From: a virus | DNA: 64,000 nucleotides | IMG/VR virus record: IMGVR_UViG_2788500025_000001 | Coordinates: 36,163 to 100,162 of that record | Reading direction: 5' to 3' (one strand) | Shown: positions 17,613-26,485 of the stretch, piece by piece | How the letters are laid out: every line of letters begins with the position of its first letter | Numbering within the stretch: position 1 is the first letter of the stretch | The notes under the pieces: model-generated | Seen by the model: only the letters and a program-made list of their open reading frames with translations | Database searches by the model: none | Told to the model about the DNA's origin: nothing | Position numbers and translations under genes: made by a program

Positions 17613-20600
17613 TGCCTCCCCGTCCCTCCATGGCCACGATGGCTCTCTCTGATCGCGCCTTCACCCAGTACCTTCGGACGTTTGGGCGCAACCCGAAGAT
17701 CGTGGACATGGTTCAGATCTACAAGGACCTCAAGGATTCCTTCGATGGGGTCACCATCGAAGGAGAGGTTGAGACCGATGACGAGGAGGACAACGTCGCA
17801 CGCGACGACTGGTTCCGTCGTTTCCAACGCGCCCTGCTCCAGATGGAGATGGAGGTGGACAGTGAACCTTCGATCAACGCCATCGACGACAAAGGCAACG
17901 AGATCAAACCCCTCCTGCGCCGACTGGGGAGCCAAGGAAAACTCAGCCCGAACCTTTGGCGGCGACTGATCCCGGCCTACTCCGACCTGTTGCGGACCCT
18001 GGTTGCCGATAAGGACCTCTACTGGGCACCCCGAGCCATTCCCGGACGGGACGGTGTGCGGTGGGTTCAGTTGCGGAACGCCAGCCCGAAGCAACGGGTC
18101 GTCGAGCAAGTCCGCCGTGATGATCCTTCGTTGTTTGAGCGCCTTCAGGTGTCGAAAGAGCAGCGCAGCAGCATGGACGACAAGATCAACAAGCGCATCG
18201 GGAAGATGGGCCTGGAGACAGGCCGCCAGCGCATCCGTGGTCGTTTCATCCAGGTCGGAGTTGACCCTGCCTTGATCGACAACGAGGTCGTCGTCCGCGA
18301 GACCTACCGCGAGCCTGACCCCAGAAACCCCCGCAAGAAGATCCGCAAGTCCCGGACGTACACGCTCTCCCGAGAGGAGGCCCTGGAGCGTCTGGATGAC
18401 CCCAGTGTGGTCGCGTCCCTTCCGTCTGAGGCTGTCATGGTCTTCGACGATGACGGCTCCGTGGCCTCCCGTGAGGACTTCACGGTCAAAGTGGACCAGG
18501 TGAACGAAGCCTACAAGGGGTTGTCCAAGATCAACCAGTTGGTCCGCAAGAAGCGTGGCGGCAAAGGCTACGCCTACATTGACCCGGAAGAACTCCGCAG
18601 CGTCAGCCGCGCCGAGTTTGAGGAAGCCTTCGGGAACAACCCAAAGCCCGATGAGTACGTCGCCCTCACTGATGACCCTTACAAGAGCACCGCGCTCACG
18701 AAGATCTACCCGGTCAAGGAGTACCGGGGGAAGCAGATCATCACCGCCGGACGGTTCAAGGGCTACTACGTTTCGGACCTGGTGAACCGAGCAGGCCGCC
18801 TCATTGAGGGTTCCAGCACCTACTACAACCCCGCGACCGGCGAACTCGACCGCCGCGAGGTCGTCAACGATGATGGCTCCGTGAACGTCCGCAAGATCAC
18901 CGAGCCTTACGTCACCGTGGATCAGGGTAAACTTCTCCTCACTCTGGAGGGGGGCACAGGCAGCAGCGCCTTGCTGCGTCAGTCGGTGCGCCAACTCACG
19001 AAGGTGGTGCCGAGCATCACCTACGACGAGGGGACGAAGAATCGGGTCTTCCGCTTTGACCCCAAGGACTTCGCTGCCATCCGAGAAGCCATCGGTGCCA
19101 TGGCCCTGTCCAACGCCGCGTCCCGGATGCTCCAGAAGTACTTCGACAAGTTGGCGAAGGCCGAGCGGGCTACCTCCAAGCAGAGCATCAAGCGGTACAG
19201 CAAGGAGAAGTTGGGCCTGACGGTCAACCTCCGTGAGCAGCAGGCACAGGCTGTCGCCTGGCTGGACGCCAACGACAACACCGGCATCTGCGCCCTGGAC
19301 ACAGGTGTGGGCAAGACCGGCGTGGCTGTCGCCACCATGCAGAACCTCCGTCGCAAGCCTGACGTGATGAAGGAAGGCAACGGGCGCTTCCTGTTCGTCT
19401 GCAAGCGGGCGCTTGCAGGGAACCTCCCGAAGGAGATCTTCAAGTTTGTGGCTGGCGACGTGGAGGCGAAGGAGTTGGTCGATATGACCGACATCGTGAC
19501 CTACTTCGGGTTCAGCAAGAATCGAGACAAAGACGAGAAGTGGGGTGACGACTACGTCGCCATCTTCTTCGACGAGGCCCACGAGCGGTTGAAGAAGAAG
19601 GAGAGCGCCTTCTACAAGAAGATCAGCGCGTGCAAAGCGAAGCGCAAGATCCTCCTGACCGCCTCTCCGATGGTGCGGTCCCCGAAGGAGGTCTTCACCC
19701 TCGCATCCGTCGCCAACGGCGTGGACCTCAACACGAAGGAAGGCCGTTCCGCTCTGCGGAAGTTCAACAACCGCTTCTCCGAGACAGTCGGAGGTCGCGT
19801 GGTTGGGATCAAGCGAGTGGACGATAGCCTGTTCGCCTACAAGAACTACGTCAAGGCCGAAGAAGAAGCCGGGCGGGTCCCCCTCTCCCGAGATGAGTGG
19901 CCGGGTCAGGTTGACCCCATCGTGACGCGAGACTTCAACTCATGGGTCAAGTCCAACCTCTTCTACGCGGACAAGCGCGACGTGGCCGATGAAAAAGGCA
20001 AGAAGTTGGATGAGTTGAACGTCATGGAACCTGAGGCCGTCAACATGACCCCGGAGGTAGAGAAGATCTACCGCCGGACCATGAAGGACGTGATCAAGGC
20101 ACTCCGCGACGTCACAAAGAAGAAGTACAAGGGCGACCAAGCCCTCGCCATTGAGGCTGCGAAGGTCAAGTTGCGTCGGGAACTCGCGCTCCTTACCCGG
20201 TTGAGTGATGTCCCGAACCTGGTGATCCCAGGCCAGCCCAACCCGAAGATCGACCGGGCTGAGGAGATCCTTGACCAGGTGTCGGGCCGCACCATCCTGT
20301 TCACCGACTCCCCGGACATGGCGAAGTCCACCTTCGACCAGTTGGCAACGAAGCCAGGCAAAGGCACCGCCATGGCCCTGTCTGACGGCATCTTTATGAA
20401 GCCTGCTGTTGGGGACACCATTCGCTTCACCGCGAAGAAGTACCCCGACTTCGACAAGAAGGCGGGCCGGGGGCGTGGCTTCTTGCTCAAGTACGAGAAC
20501 GGGACGGCGAAGGTCTTCCGCAACGAGAACCCCCGAGTAGTTGGGTTCCACCGAGCCAAGAAGGACGCCTGGAAGGTCATCGTCCTCCAGAAGATCATCC

Positions 20601-21034
20601 AGCGTGACCCCACCATCAACACCCTGACCTTGACTGGCACCTATGCCGTGGGTCAGAACCTTCAGTCCTTCACCAACGTCATTCATCTCGACCGTGACGA
20701 CTGGTCCAACGAGACCATGAAGCAGCGGTCGGCTCGCGCCTGGCGTGCTGGTCAGAGTGAGATCGTCAACGAGTACACGCTTGACACGACGTACCCTGAC
20801 GCCGTGTCGAACGACGACGCGGACAAGACCCTCGACGAGATCCGCAGGATCATCCAAAGCATGGACGCCGATCTGTTCAACGAGGTTGTCCTGGAGTCAC
20901 AGACCGCCCGACTGGGTGAGGAGTGGGCCGAGGTCAAGAAGCAGCGGTCCATGCTCCACCAGGTTGACCGCAAGATGATGGAACGCGCTCTCTCGCCTTA
21001 CGCCAGCCAGATGGGCCGACAGGAGAAACCATGA
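17612..21034 (+). CDS. SF2 (SNF2-like) helicase with long N-terminal extension
   Basis: DTGVGKT, FFDEAH, LTASP, GQNLQ, QRSARAWRAGQ. Confidence 0.88.
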   Translation: MPPRPSMATMALSDRAFTQYLRTFGRNPKIVDMVQIYKDLKDSFDGVTIEGEVETDDEEDNVARDDWFRRFQRALLQMEMEVDSEPSINAIDDKGNEIKPLLRRLGSQGKLSPNLWRRLIPAYSDLLRTLVADKDLYWAPRAIPGRDGVRWVQLRNASPKQRVVEQVRRDDPSLFERLQVSKEQRSSMDDKINKRIGKMGLETGRQRIRGRFIQVGVDPALIDNEVVVRETYREPDPRNPRKKIRKSRTYTLSREEALERLDDPSVVASLPSEAVMVFDDDGSVASREDFTVKVDQVNEAYKGLSKINQLVRKKRGGKGYAYIDPEELRSVSRAEFEEAFGNNPKPDEYVALTDDPYKSTALTKIYPVKEYRGKQIITAGRFKGYYVSDLVNRAGRLIEGSSTYYNPATGELDRREVVNDDGSVNVRKITEPYVTVDQGKLLLTLEGGTGSSALLRQSVRQLTKVVPSITYDEGTKNRVFRFDPKDFAAIREAIGAMALSNAASRMLQKYFDKLAKAERATSKQSIKRYSKEKLGLTVNLREQQAQAVAWLDANDNTGICALDTGVGKTGVAVATMQNLRRKPDVMKEGNGRFLFVCKRALAGNLPKEIFKFVAGDVEAKELVDMTDIVTYFGFSKNRDKDEKWGDDYVAIFFDEAHERLKKKESAFYKKISACKAKRKILLTASPMVRSPKEVFTLASVANGVDLNTKEGRSALRKFNNRFSETVGGRVVGIKRVDDSLFAYKNYVKAEEEAGRVPLSRDEWPGQVDPIVTRDFNSWVKSNLFYADKRDVADEKGKKLDELNVMEPEAVNMTPEVEKIYRRTMKDVIKALRDVTKKKYKGDQALAIEAAKVKLRRELALLTRLSDVPNLVIPGQPNPKIDRAEEILDQVSGRTILFTDSPDMAKSTFDQLATKPGKGTAMALSDGIFMKPAVGDTIRFTAKKYPDFDKKAGRGRGFLLKYENGTAKVFRNENPRVVGFHRAKKDAWKVIVLQKIIQRDPTINTLTLTGTYAVGQNLQSFTNVIHLDRDDWSNETMKQRSARAWRAGQSEIVNEYTLDTTYPDAVSNDDADKTLDEIRRIIQSMDADLFNEVVLESQTARLGEEWAEVKKQRSMLHQVDRKMMERALSPYASQMGRQEKP

Positions 21035-21315
21035 ACATTACCGATCCGGTCACCGTCGAGGAATGGGGCCAGTACATCAGCAACCTGAGTGGGGCGAAGT
21101 TGTTTTCGCAAGCCATCGCAGCGAACACCCTCAACTTCGTGGGGATGCTTCAGAGCGAGGGTTTCAGCAGTGACGAGGTCACCGATGTCTTGCTGATGTT
21201 CGCCATGCGTTTCCGTGACACCAAACTCGACATGCCCAACGGTATCCCTGGCGAGTACATCTCCTACCCGGATCTTCTGGATTCGGTAGGCCGCCTATCG
21301 GACGCACAGGTATAG
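21031..21315 (+). CDS. Hypothetical protein
   Basis: ATGA overlap; GGAG RBS. Confidence 0.65.
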   Translation: MNITDPVTVEEWGQYISNLSGAKLFSQAIAANTLNFVGMLQSEGFSSDEVTDVLLMFAMRFRDTKLDMPNGIPGEYISYPDLLDSVGRLSDAQV

Positions 21316-21324
21316 GAGCCTCCC

Positions 21325-22017
21325 ATGTCTTTCAAAGCCCACCTACGTTCCATCCTTGCTTCCGAAGGGCTGCTTCCCTCAGATCGTGTTGCGGGCAGGT
21401 CCATGCCACGCCTCGACTGGATGATCCCGACCGCTGAGAAGGGAGGGGCGCGTGAGGAGAAGATGTCTGACGGGATGCTTCGCGTCTGGCGGTGGGACAC
21501 AGACCACGTCCACAAGCGCACCGGCAACCCCTACACTCGCTACCACCTGCTGGTGGGGTCAGCCTCCAAGCGGGCGAAGAACGCCCTGGCCTGGGAATAC
21601 CACACCTCAAAGGCCGCTCGGGACAAGGCAATCGACTCCTGGGTTTCCTACTACGACCGGAAGGCTCAAGAGAAGGCTGACCGGCAGGAGGCCGCCAAAA
21701 ACTTCCAGCATGGCCTCCAGGTCGGAGACATCCTCTCCGCGTCCTGGGGCTACAACCAGACCAACGTGAACTTCTACGAGGTCACGCGAGTCGTTGGGAA
21801 GGCAACCGTGGAGGTCCGAGAGGTTCAGTCGAAGGTCGTCCGCGAGTCCGGCCATGCCCTCTACGTCGTGCCTCGCAAAGGCAAGTGGACGGCTCGCAGC
21901 ACCACCATGAAGAAGCGCGTCAGCCCCAGCGGGCACGTCAAGATCAACAGTTCCATTTCCGCCTCCGAGTGGAGCGGCAAACCCATGTACGAAACGTCAC
22001 CCTACGCAGGCCATTAG
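21325..22017 (+). CDS. Leader-A protein with GDILSASWGYNQTNVNFYEV domain
   Basis: HLRSILASEGLL leader; RBS AGGAG. Confidence 0.75.
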   Translation: MSFKAHLRSILASEGLLPSDRVAGRSMPRLDWMIPTAEKGGAREEKMSDGMLRVWRWDTDHVHKRTGNPYTRYHLLVGSASKRAKNALAWEYHTSKAARDKAIDSWVSYYDRKAQEKADRQEAAKNFQHGLQVGDILSASWGYNQTNVNFYEVTRVVGKATVEVREVQSKVVRESGHALYVVPRKGKWTARSTTMKKRVSPSGHVKINSSISASEWSGKPMYETSPYAGH

Positions 22018-22026
22018 GAGAACCCC

Positions 22027-22356
22027 ATGAAGTCCCTGACAGCATCCGACCGCAAGACCCTCATTCGCCTGGCCTCATCCCTCCCCGTAGGTGACGAGAC
22101 CCGCAAGGCCCTTATCAACGGACTCGCCCAGACCCGTGAAGCGGGCCGCCCCTGGGGCGGCGACGGCTACGCGGCGAAGGCCGAGGACTACGACATCCCT
22201 CCCGCACAGGGGGGCAGCGGCTCCCCGCCGTGCCAGCCGAAGGGTGACGGACCCTGCTACCGCAAGCATCACGAGTACGGCGCGGCCAACAGCGGTGCCA
22301 ACGGCTCTGCCGCCCGGCGCAAGTACAACGAGTGGTATCGCGAAAACGCGATGTAG
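22027..22356 (+). CDS. Leader-B small protein
   Basis: LTASDRKTLIRLASSLPVGDETRKAL leader; AGGAG RBS. Confidence 0.75.
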   Translation: MKSLTASDRKTLIRLASSLPVGDETRKALINGLAQTREAGRPWGGDGYAAKAEDYDIPPAQGGSGSPPCQPKGDGPCYRKHHEYGAANSGANGSAARRKYNEWYRENAM

Positions 22357-22379
22357 TCGCCTGACGGTCCTGCCGTTGG

Positions 22380-22394
22380 CGGTATCTCGCCTAT
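22380..22394 (+). promoter_or_regulatory. Late motif variant CGGTAT-N5-CTAT
   Basis: One mismatch; upstream of 22448. Confidence 0.65.
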
Positions 22395-22447
22395 GGAGCC
22401 TCCCACGGTAGAGTGCATCTGCACCCTTCCACTGGGAGGCTTTCGCC

Positions 22448-23677
22448 TTGTTCGCTACCCTTACCGAAGCCCTCAAGCGGCGCATGATCGAGGAGATCCG
22501 GTACTACTGGGGCCAAGACCCCCAGTATCGGGACTCGCTTGTGCCCAACATTCAGGGTCGGTTTTCTTTCCAGGAGCGACCACAGCAGGCCATCATCCTC
22601 AAGAGTCAGTCGGCCAGCCCCTACCAGATGGCGGCGGACCACTACCAGGGAGCGATTGTCTCCTACTGCTACCTCACGAAGGTGTACGGGCAGCGAGGCA
22701 CGAGCATCGAGTGGGTGCGGGAGAACGCCGTCGCGATCCAGGCGAACAACGGGGTGTTCCCAACCCCTGCCGGGGTCTACTACATCGAGGTCCGCTCCGA
22801 AGTCATCGACGTTCGCGGTGTCCCGAAGGAAAAACTGGTCTTCTATGTGGACCCCCTCCTGGAGGTCATCGACCAGCGAGCCACGATGCTTGATCCCAGG
22901 CTCTACGAAGTAGGCGCGGGGTCGTTCCATCCAGGATCACTCCGGGTCTATGAGATGCCTGGCAGTGTCCCGTACTATGAGAACGTCAACTACACGGCTG
23001 ACTCCACCACAGGCAGGATCACACTCGCCAGCCCCCTCGCTCCCAACACCTACCTGTCGGTGGACTATCGCTACGCGGGCACCAGCAGCGGGCCGTTCCC
23101 CCTGCCCATGAACGGGGCCAACGTCGAAGCCATTCCAGGCGTCGTCCTGGCCTTCGGTCGTCAAGCCTACGATGGGGACATCATGGCAGTCGTGGTGGGC
23201 ACGACTCGGGAGACAGTGGCGAAGGAGTTCGGCGGGCGGTGGGAGATGAACATCGACTTCGACATCATGGCGCGGGACGTCTACGCCCAGGGTGAGATCA
23301 CCGACCGCACGTTGATGTACCTCTACACCGATGCGAGGGACCGGCTCTCTACGGAGGGCATTGAGATCACGATGGTCACCATGGGCGGCGAGGCTGAGGA
23401 GATCTACGACGATGTGGGCGATGACTACTTCTACACCGCCAACATCTCGATGACGATCATGACCGACTGGGCGATCCATGTGCCCATCGGACGCACGCTG
23501 ATCCGAGCCGAGGCGAACACGGTGTCTGAGACTGAGATGGTCGCCGGGCTCACGGACGACCAGTTGATCGAGATGGGGTCACCGACCGGCCTGCACTACG
23601 CGGAGACCCTGAACCTCATTGAGATCCGTGATCCCTACTTCCGGGGGCGCACGAAGACCTACGACCTGATCCGGTAG
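22448..23677 (+). CDS. Putative neck/tail-completion structural protein
   Basis: TTG start with GGAGG RBS; beta-rich with terminator-like C-terminal half; function inferred from context. Confidence 0.5.
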   Translation: MFATLTEALKRRMIEEIRYYWGQDPQYRDSLVPNIQGRFSFQERPQQAIILKSQSASPYQMAADHYQGAIVSYCYLTKVYGQRGTSIEWVRENAVAIQANNGVFPTPAGVYYIEVRSEVIDVRGVPKEKLVFYVDPLLEVIDQRATMLDPRLYEVGAGSFHPGSLRVYEMPGSVPYYENVNYTADSTTGRITLASPLAPNTYLSVDYRYAGTSSGPFPLPMNGANVEAIPGVVLAFGRQAYDGDIMAVVVGTTRETVAKEFGGRWEMNIDFDIMARDVYAQGEITDRTLMYLYTDARDRLSTEGIEITMVTMGGEAEEIYDDVGDDYFYTANISMTIMTDWAIHVPIGRTLIRAEANTVSETEMVAGLTDDQLIEMGSPTGLHYAETLNLIEIRDPYFRGRTKTYDLIR

Positions 23678-23686
23678 TGATCCTAT
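23672..23686 (+). promoter_or_regulatory. Late motif CGGTAG-N5-CTAT
   Basis: Exact match; its TAG is the stop of ORF 22448. Confidence 0.85.
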
Positions 23687-23722
23687 GGCCTCGACAGAGG
23701 TACTTCCCATTGGAGAGACGCT

Positions 23723-24187
23723 ATGCCCCGCAACCTTACTGCCGCCGACCGGTCCACCCTCATTCGTCTTGCCTCGACGCTTCCTGTGGGGAGCGAGGAG
23801 CGGAAGGCCATCCTCGCCGGGCTCGCTGCCGAAGGTCTGCTTTCCGACAAGCAAGCCTCTCGCCCCCCTCTGGACAAGGAGCAGATCGCCGAGATCGAGA
23901 AGGAGGGCTGGCCCGACATGATGTCGCAGGCTGAGGCGTCCGACTGGGCCGTGAACACGATCCGGCAGGCATGGCGGGAGCGAGGCATGGTCGGAAAGCC
24001 CGAACAGATGATGCGCGAGGAGTTCGACCGCATCCGTAAGGGGAACCTCGACTATCTCAAGTACCTCCGGGTGAGCCGTGCTGGGTCGAAGTTCCGTATC
24101 GACCGGGCGATGCGTCGTGCGATCTACATCCAGTACCTCGCCAAAAACAAGAAGGTGAAGTCCGAGTTGTGGCGCAGGCTCCGGTAG
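23723..24187 (+). CDS. Hybrid leader-B/A small protein
   Basis: LTAADRSTLIRLASTLPVGSEERKAILAGLAAEGLLSDKQA. Confidence 0.75.
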   Translation: MPRNLTAADRSTLIRLASTLPVGSEERKAILAGLAAEGLLSDKQASRPPLDKEQIAEIEKEGWPDMMSQAEASDWAVNTIRQAWRERGMVGKPEQMMREEFDRIRKGNLDYLKYLRVSRAGSKFRIDRAMRRAIYIQYLAKNKKVKSELWRRLR

Positions 24188-24196
24188 CGTGCCTAT
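24182..24196 (+). promoter_or_regulatory. Late motif CGGTAG-N5-CTAT
   Basis: Exact match; its TAG is the stop of ORF 23723. Confidence 0.85.
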
Positions 24197-24224
24197 GGGC
24201 CGCCTCCAGGCAAAGGAGTCCCCC

Positions 24225-24596
24225 ATGGGCAACCTACGCAACATCCTTTCCGAAGAGGGCCTGCTTTCCGACAGGTTGAAGACCGCTGGAGGCACCGGAT
24301 GGCCTCTCACCCCGAAGGACATCAAGGTCGGGCTGCGCCGCATCAAGAAGGTCTGCTACGACTCTGGGGCGTTCCGAGAGGCTTTCCTCGATGGAATGGA
24401 TTGGGGGAGGGTCGAGTTCGACAAGCCCGAGAAGAACCCCTACCGATCCAGCGGAACGCTTGTGTGGTGGCGGGTGTACCCAATGGGCAAGGTCGGAGAC
24501 AAGAAGAGTGACTACATCTACGGCTATGTGATGACCGAATGGGTCAGCGGACCCAAGGGCATCGAGATCTCTGGCACGGTGACCGTCAAGCACTGA
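24225..24596 (+). CDS. Leader-A small protein
   Basis: NLRNILSEEGLLSDRLKTA; AAGGAG RBS. Confidence 0.75.
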   Translation: MGNLRNILSEEGLLSDRLKTAGGTGWPLTPKDIKVGLRRIKKVCYDSGAFREAFLDGMDWGRVEFDKPEKNPYRSSGTLVWWRVYPMGKVGDKKSDYIYGYVMTEWVSGPKGIEISGTVTVKH

Positions 24597-24600
24597 TCTC

Positions 24601-24615
24601 CGGTAGCGTGCCTAT
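24601..24615 (+). promoter_or_regulatory. Late motif CGGTAG-N5-CTAT
   Basis: Exact match; upstream of the endolysin. Confidence 0.85.
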
Positions 24616-24654
24616 GGGTAGGGTCTGGCGAGCCTTTAGCCGGAGAAACCTCTC

Positions 24655-25479
24655 ATGCCATCAACCATCCGAAAGGGATCACGCGGAAGCGATGTGATCC
24701 TCTGCCAAGACAGCCTCACCAAGAAGGGCTACCCCTGCACCGCTGACGGGATCTTCGGGTCCGGCACCGAGTCGAAGGTCAAGCGGTTCCAGGCCGCCAA
24801 CGGCCTTGTGGCTGACGGCATCGTCGGCAACGGGACCTGGGGCAAGTTGCTCGCCGAGAACCCGGATGATGTGGGCATCGCTGCCCCCTCCCCTCTCCCT
24901 CCCGTGATCGCCCATGCTCAGAGCCTCGGCTACGAGACCTGGGGTGATCCCTGGCGTCTGTTCCTGTTTGGAGTCCGCTCCGCAGAGCGGAAGGCTGACG
25001 CCTTCGACGACATGCTGGGATGCGCCTACGTCAATGACGACGGCCTGTGGGAAGCCTTCTACTGGCCAGGAACCACGGACCCCGGTGCGTACTACCTGGA
25101 GCATCCGATGAACAGTGCGGGCTGCGCCATCCTCGTGAAGGGCCAGTACCTCGACACCTGGACCATCGACCTCCACGGCGGCAAGTATGAGGCTCTGTGC
25201 CAGAGGGCGGGCGAGGTGTCTGTTTTTCGTGATGATTCGATGGACGACAAGTTGGACCTCGACCCCAGCACCATCGCTACCGGCTACTTTGGGATCAACC
25301 TCCATGCCGCAACAAGGACCGAGCACCAGACTTCTACGGTCGTTGGCAAGTGGTCCGCAGGCTGCCAGGTCCATGCCTCGGCTGATGGGTTCGCCAAGAT
25401 GATGGAGTTGGCCCACCAGCAGCAGGACAAGACGGGCCGCAAGACCTTCTCGTACACCCTCATGGACAAGTGGTGGTGA
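24655..25479 (+). CDS. Endolysin-like protein: peptidoglycan-binding domain plus L,D-transpeptidase(YkuD)-like domain
   Basis: DGIFGSGTESKVKRFQAANGLVADGIVG PG_binding_1 pattern; GINLH..SAGCQV His/Cys motif. Confidence 0.8.
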   Translation: MPSTIRKGSRGSDVILCQDSLTKKGYPCTADGIFGSGTESKVKRFQAANGLVADGIVGNGTWGKLLAENPDDVGIAAPSPLPPVIAHAQSLGYETWGDPWRLFLFGVRSAERKADAFDDMLGCAYVNDDGLWEAFYWPGTTDPGAYYLEHPMNSAGCAILVKGQYLDTWTIDLHGGKYEALCQRAGEVSVFRDDSMDDKLDLDPSTIATGYFGINLHAATRTEHQTSTVVGKWSAGCQVHASADGFAKMMELAHQQQDKTGRKTFSYTLMDKWW

Positions 25480-25487
25480 GGTGAACC

Positions 25488-25664
25488 GTGCTGGATGCCT
25501 TCATCATCGAACGCATCCGTCGCAGGGAGAAGCGTGAGAAGAGGGAGCGAGAGCGCCCTCGTCTACGCATCCCCCCTCCTGATCCCCCTCGGCCTCCGAT
25601 CCCGGAGGTTCAGGAGGACAAGGACTCAGGACGTGGGGTCACCATCATCGACTTTGGGCTCTGA
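25488..25664 (+). CDS. 58-aa small protein MLDAFIIERIRRRE...RGVTIIDFGL (not in ORF track)
   Basis: GTG start with GAGGTG RBS; manual translation; stop TGA 25662-25664. Confidence 0.7.
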   Translation: MLDAFIIERIRRREKREKRERERPRLRIPPPDPPRPPIPEVQEDKDSGRGVTIIDFGL

Positions 25665-25859
25665 ACAGAGCCCTCGGCGGATCAGGTGCATCGCCTCCCG
25701 CCCGAACCAGCCCTGGAGACTCCACGCCAACCCGGTGTCGATCAACTCCTGCCAGGCGGCGTAGTACGCATCCATCTGCTCCTCCGGGGTGTCTCCAGGA
25801 GGGCGTTCCACCCCTTCGCAGATCAGGATGGTTTTGGAGGATGGCAGAGGCTTGCTCAT
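25626..25859 (-). CDS. Small hypothetical phage protein
   Basis: AWQELIDTGLAWSLQGWFGR pattern recalled from phage proteins. Confidence 0.7.
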   Translation of the reverse strand: MSKPLPSSKTILICEGVERPPGDTPEEQMDAYYAAWQELIDTGLAWSLQGWFGREAMHLIRRGLCSEPKVDDGDPTS

Positions 25860-25907
25860 GGGGGGACCTTACCCGCTGGGTAGGGTGAGCGCACAGAGAG
25901 GTCACCA

Positions 25908-26369
25908 ATGCCCATCTACGAGTTCACCTGTCAGTCCTGCGGCCTGCGCTTTGAGAAACTGTTCCGGCGCGTGTCGGACCAACCCACACACCCATGCCCC
26001 AACTGCGAGGGTGAAGGCATCAAGCAGGTCTCAGCGGCCAGTTTTGCGTTCAAGCACCCGGCCAGCCAACGCAACGGACCTCTCCCACCCAGCACCGGAA
26101 CGAGCGACGACTGGAACTTCGACAAGGCCATCGGCCATGACGCTGCTGAGAAGTGGGGCAAGATTCACGAGAACAACGCCCGCAAAGACAAGATGGTGGC
26201 CGAGGCGGCGAAGGAAGGCCGTGGGATCAGCCGTGACCACCTGGTCCGAAAGCGGGAGGGGGGCTACCGTGAGGTCACCGAGGGCGAGCGCAAGTACATC
26301 AACCAGAACCGCGAAGCCGCTCACGCTGTCTCCCAGGCAGCCACAAAGCAAGCCAAAGAGAAGAAGTAG
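25908..26369 (+). CDS. FmdB-like zinc-ribbon protein
   Basis: MPIYEFTCQSCG..CPNC..SAAS. Confidence 0.85.
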   Translation: MPIYEFTCQSCGLRFEKLFRRVSDQPTHPCPNCEGEGIKQVSAASFAFKHPASQRNGPLPPSTGTSDDWNFDKAIGHDAAEKWGKIHENNARKDKMVAEAAKEGRGISRDHLVRKREGGYREVTEGERKYINQNREAAHAVSQAATKQAKEKK

Positions 26370-26485
26370 AGCCCGGTTCGATACCCCGTCTATACTCGGC
26401 ACCAGGTGTAACACTGGCCTTCGTCGGTCGGGATCCCGCGCTTGCACCCTCTCAGCGCCGCTGAGTCAAGATCACGAGGTTCATC

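Noticed and set aside
17315-19582. 755-aa minus-strand ORF (similar long antisense ORFs at 26390, 42684, 47826, 55866, 58381)
   Set aside because: Shadow frames of GC-rich + strand genes that carry clear motifs; no recognisable domains
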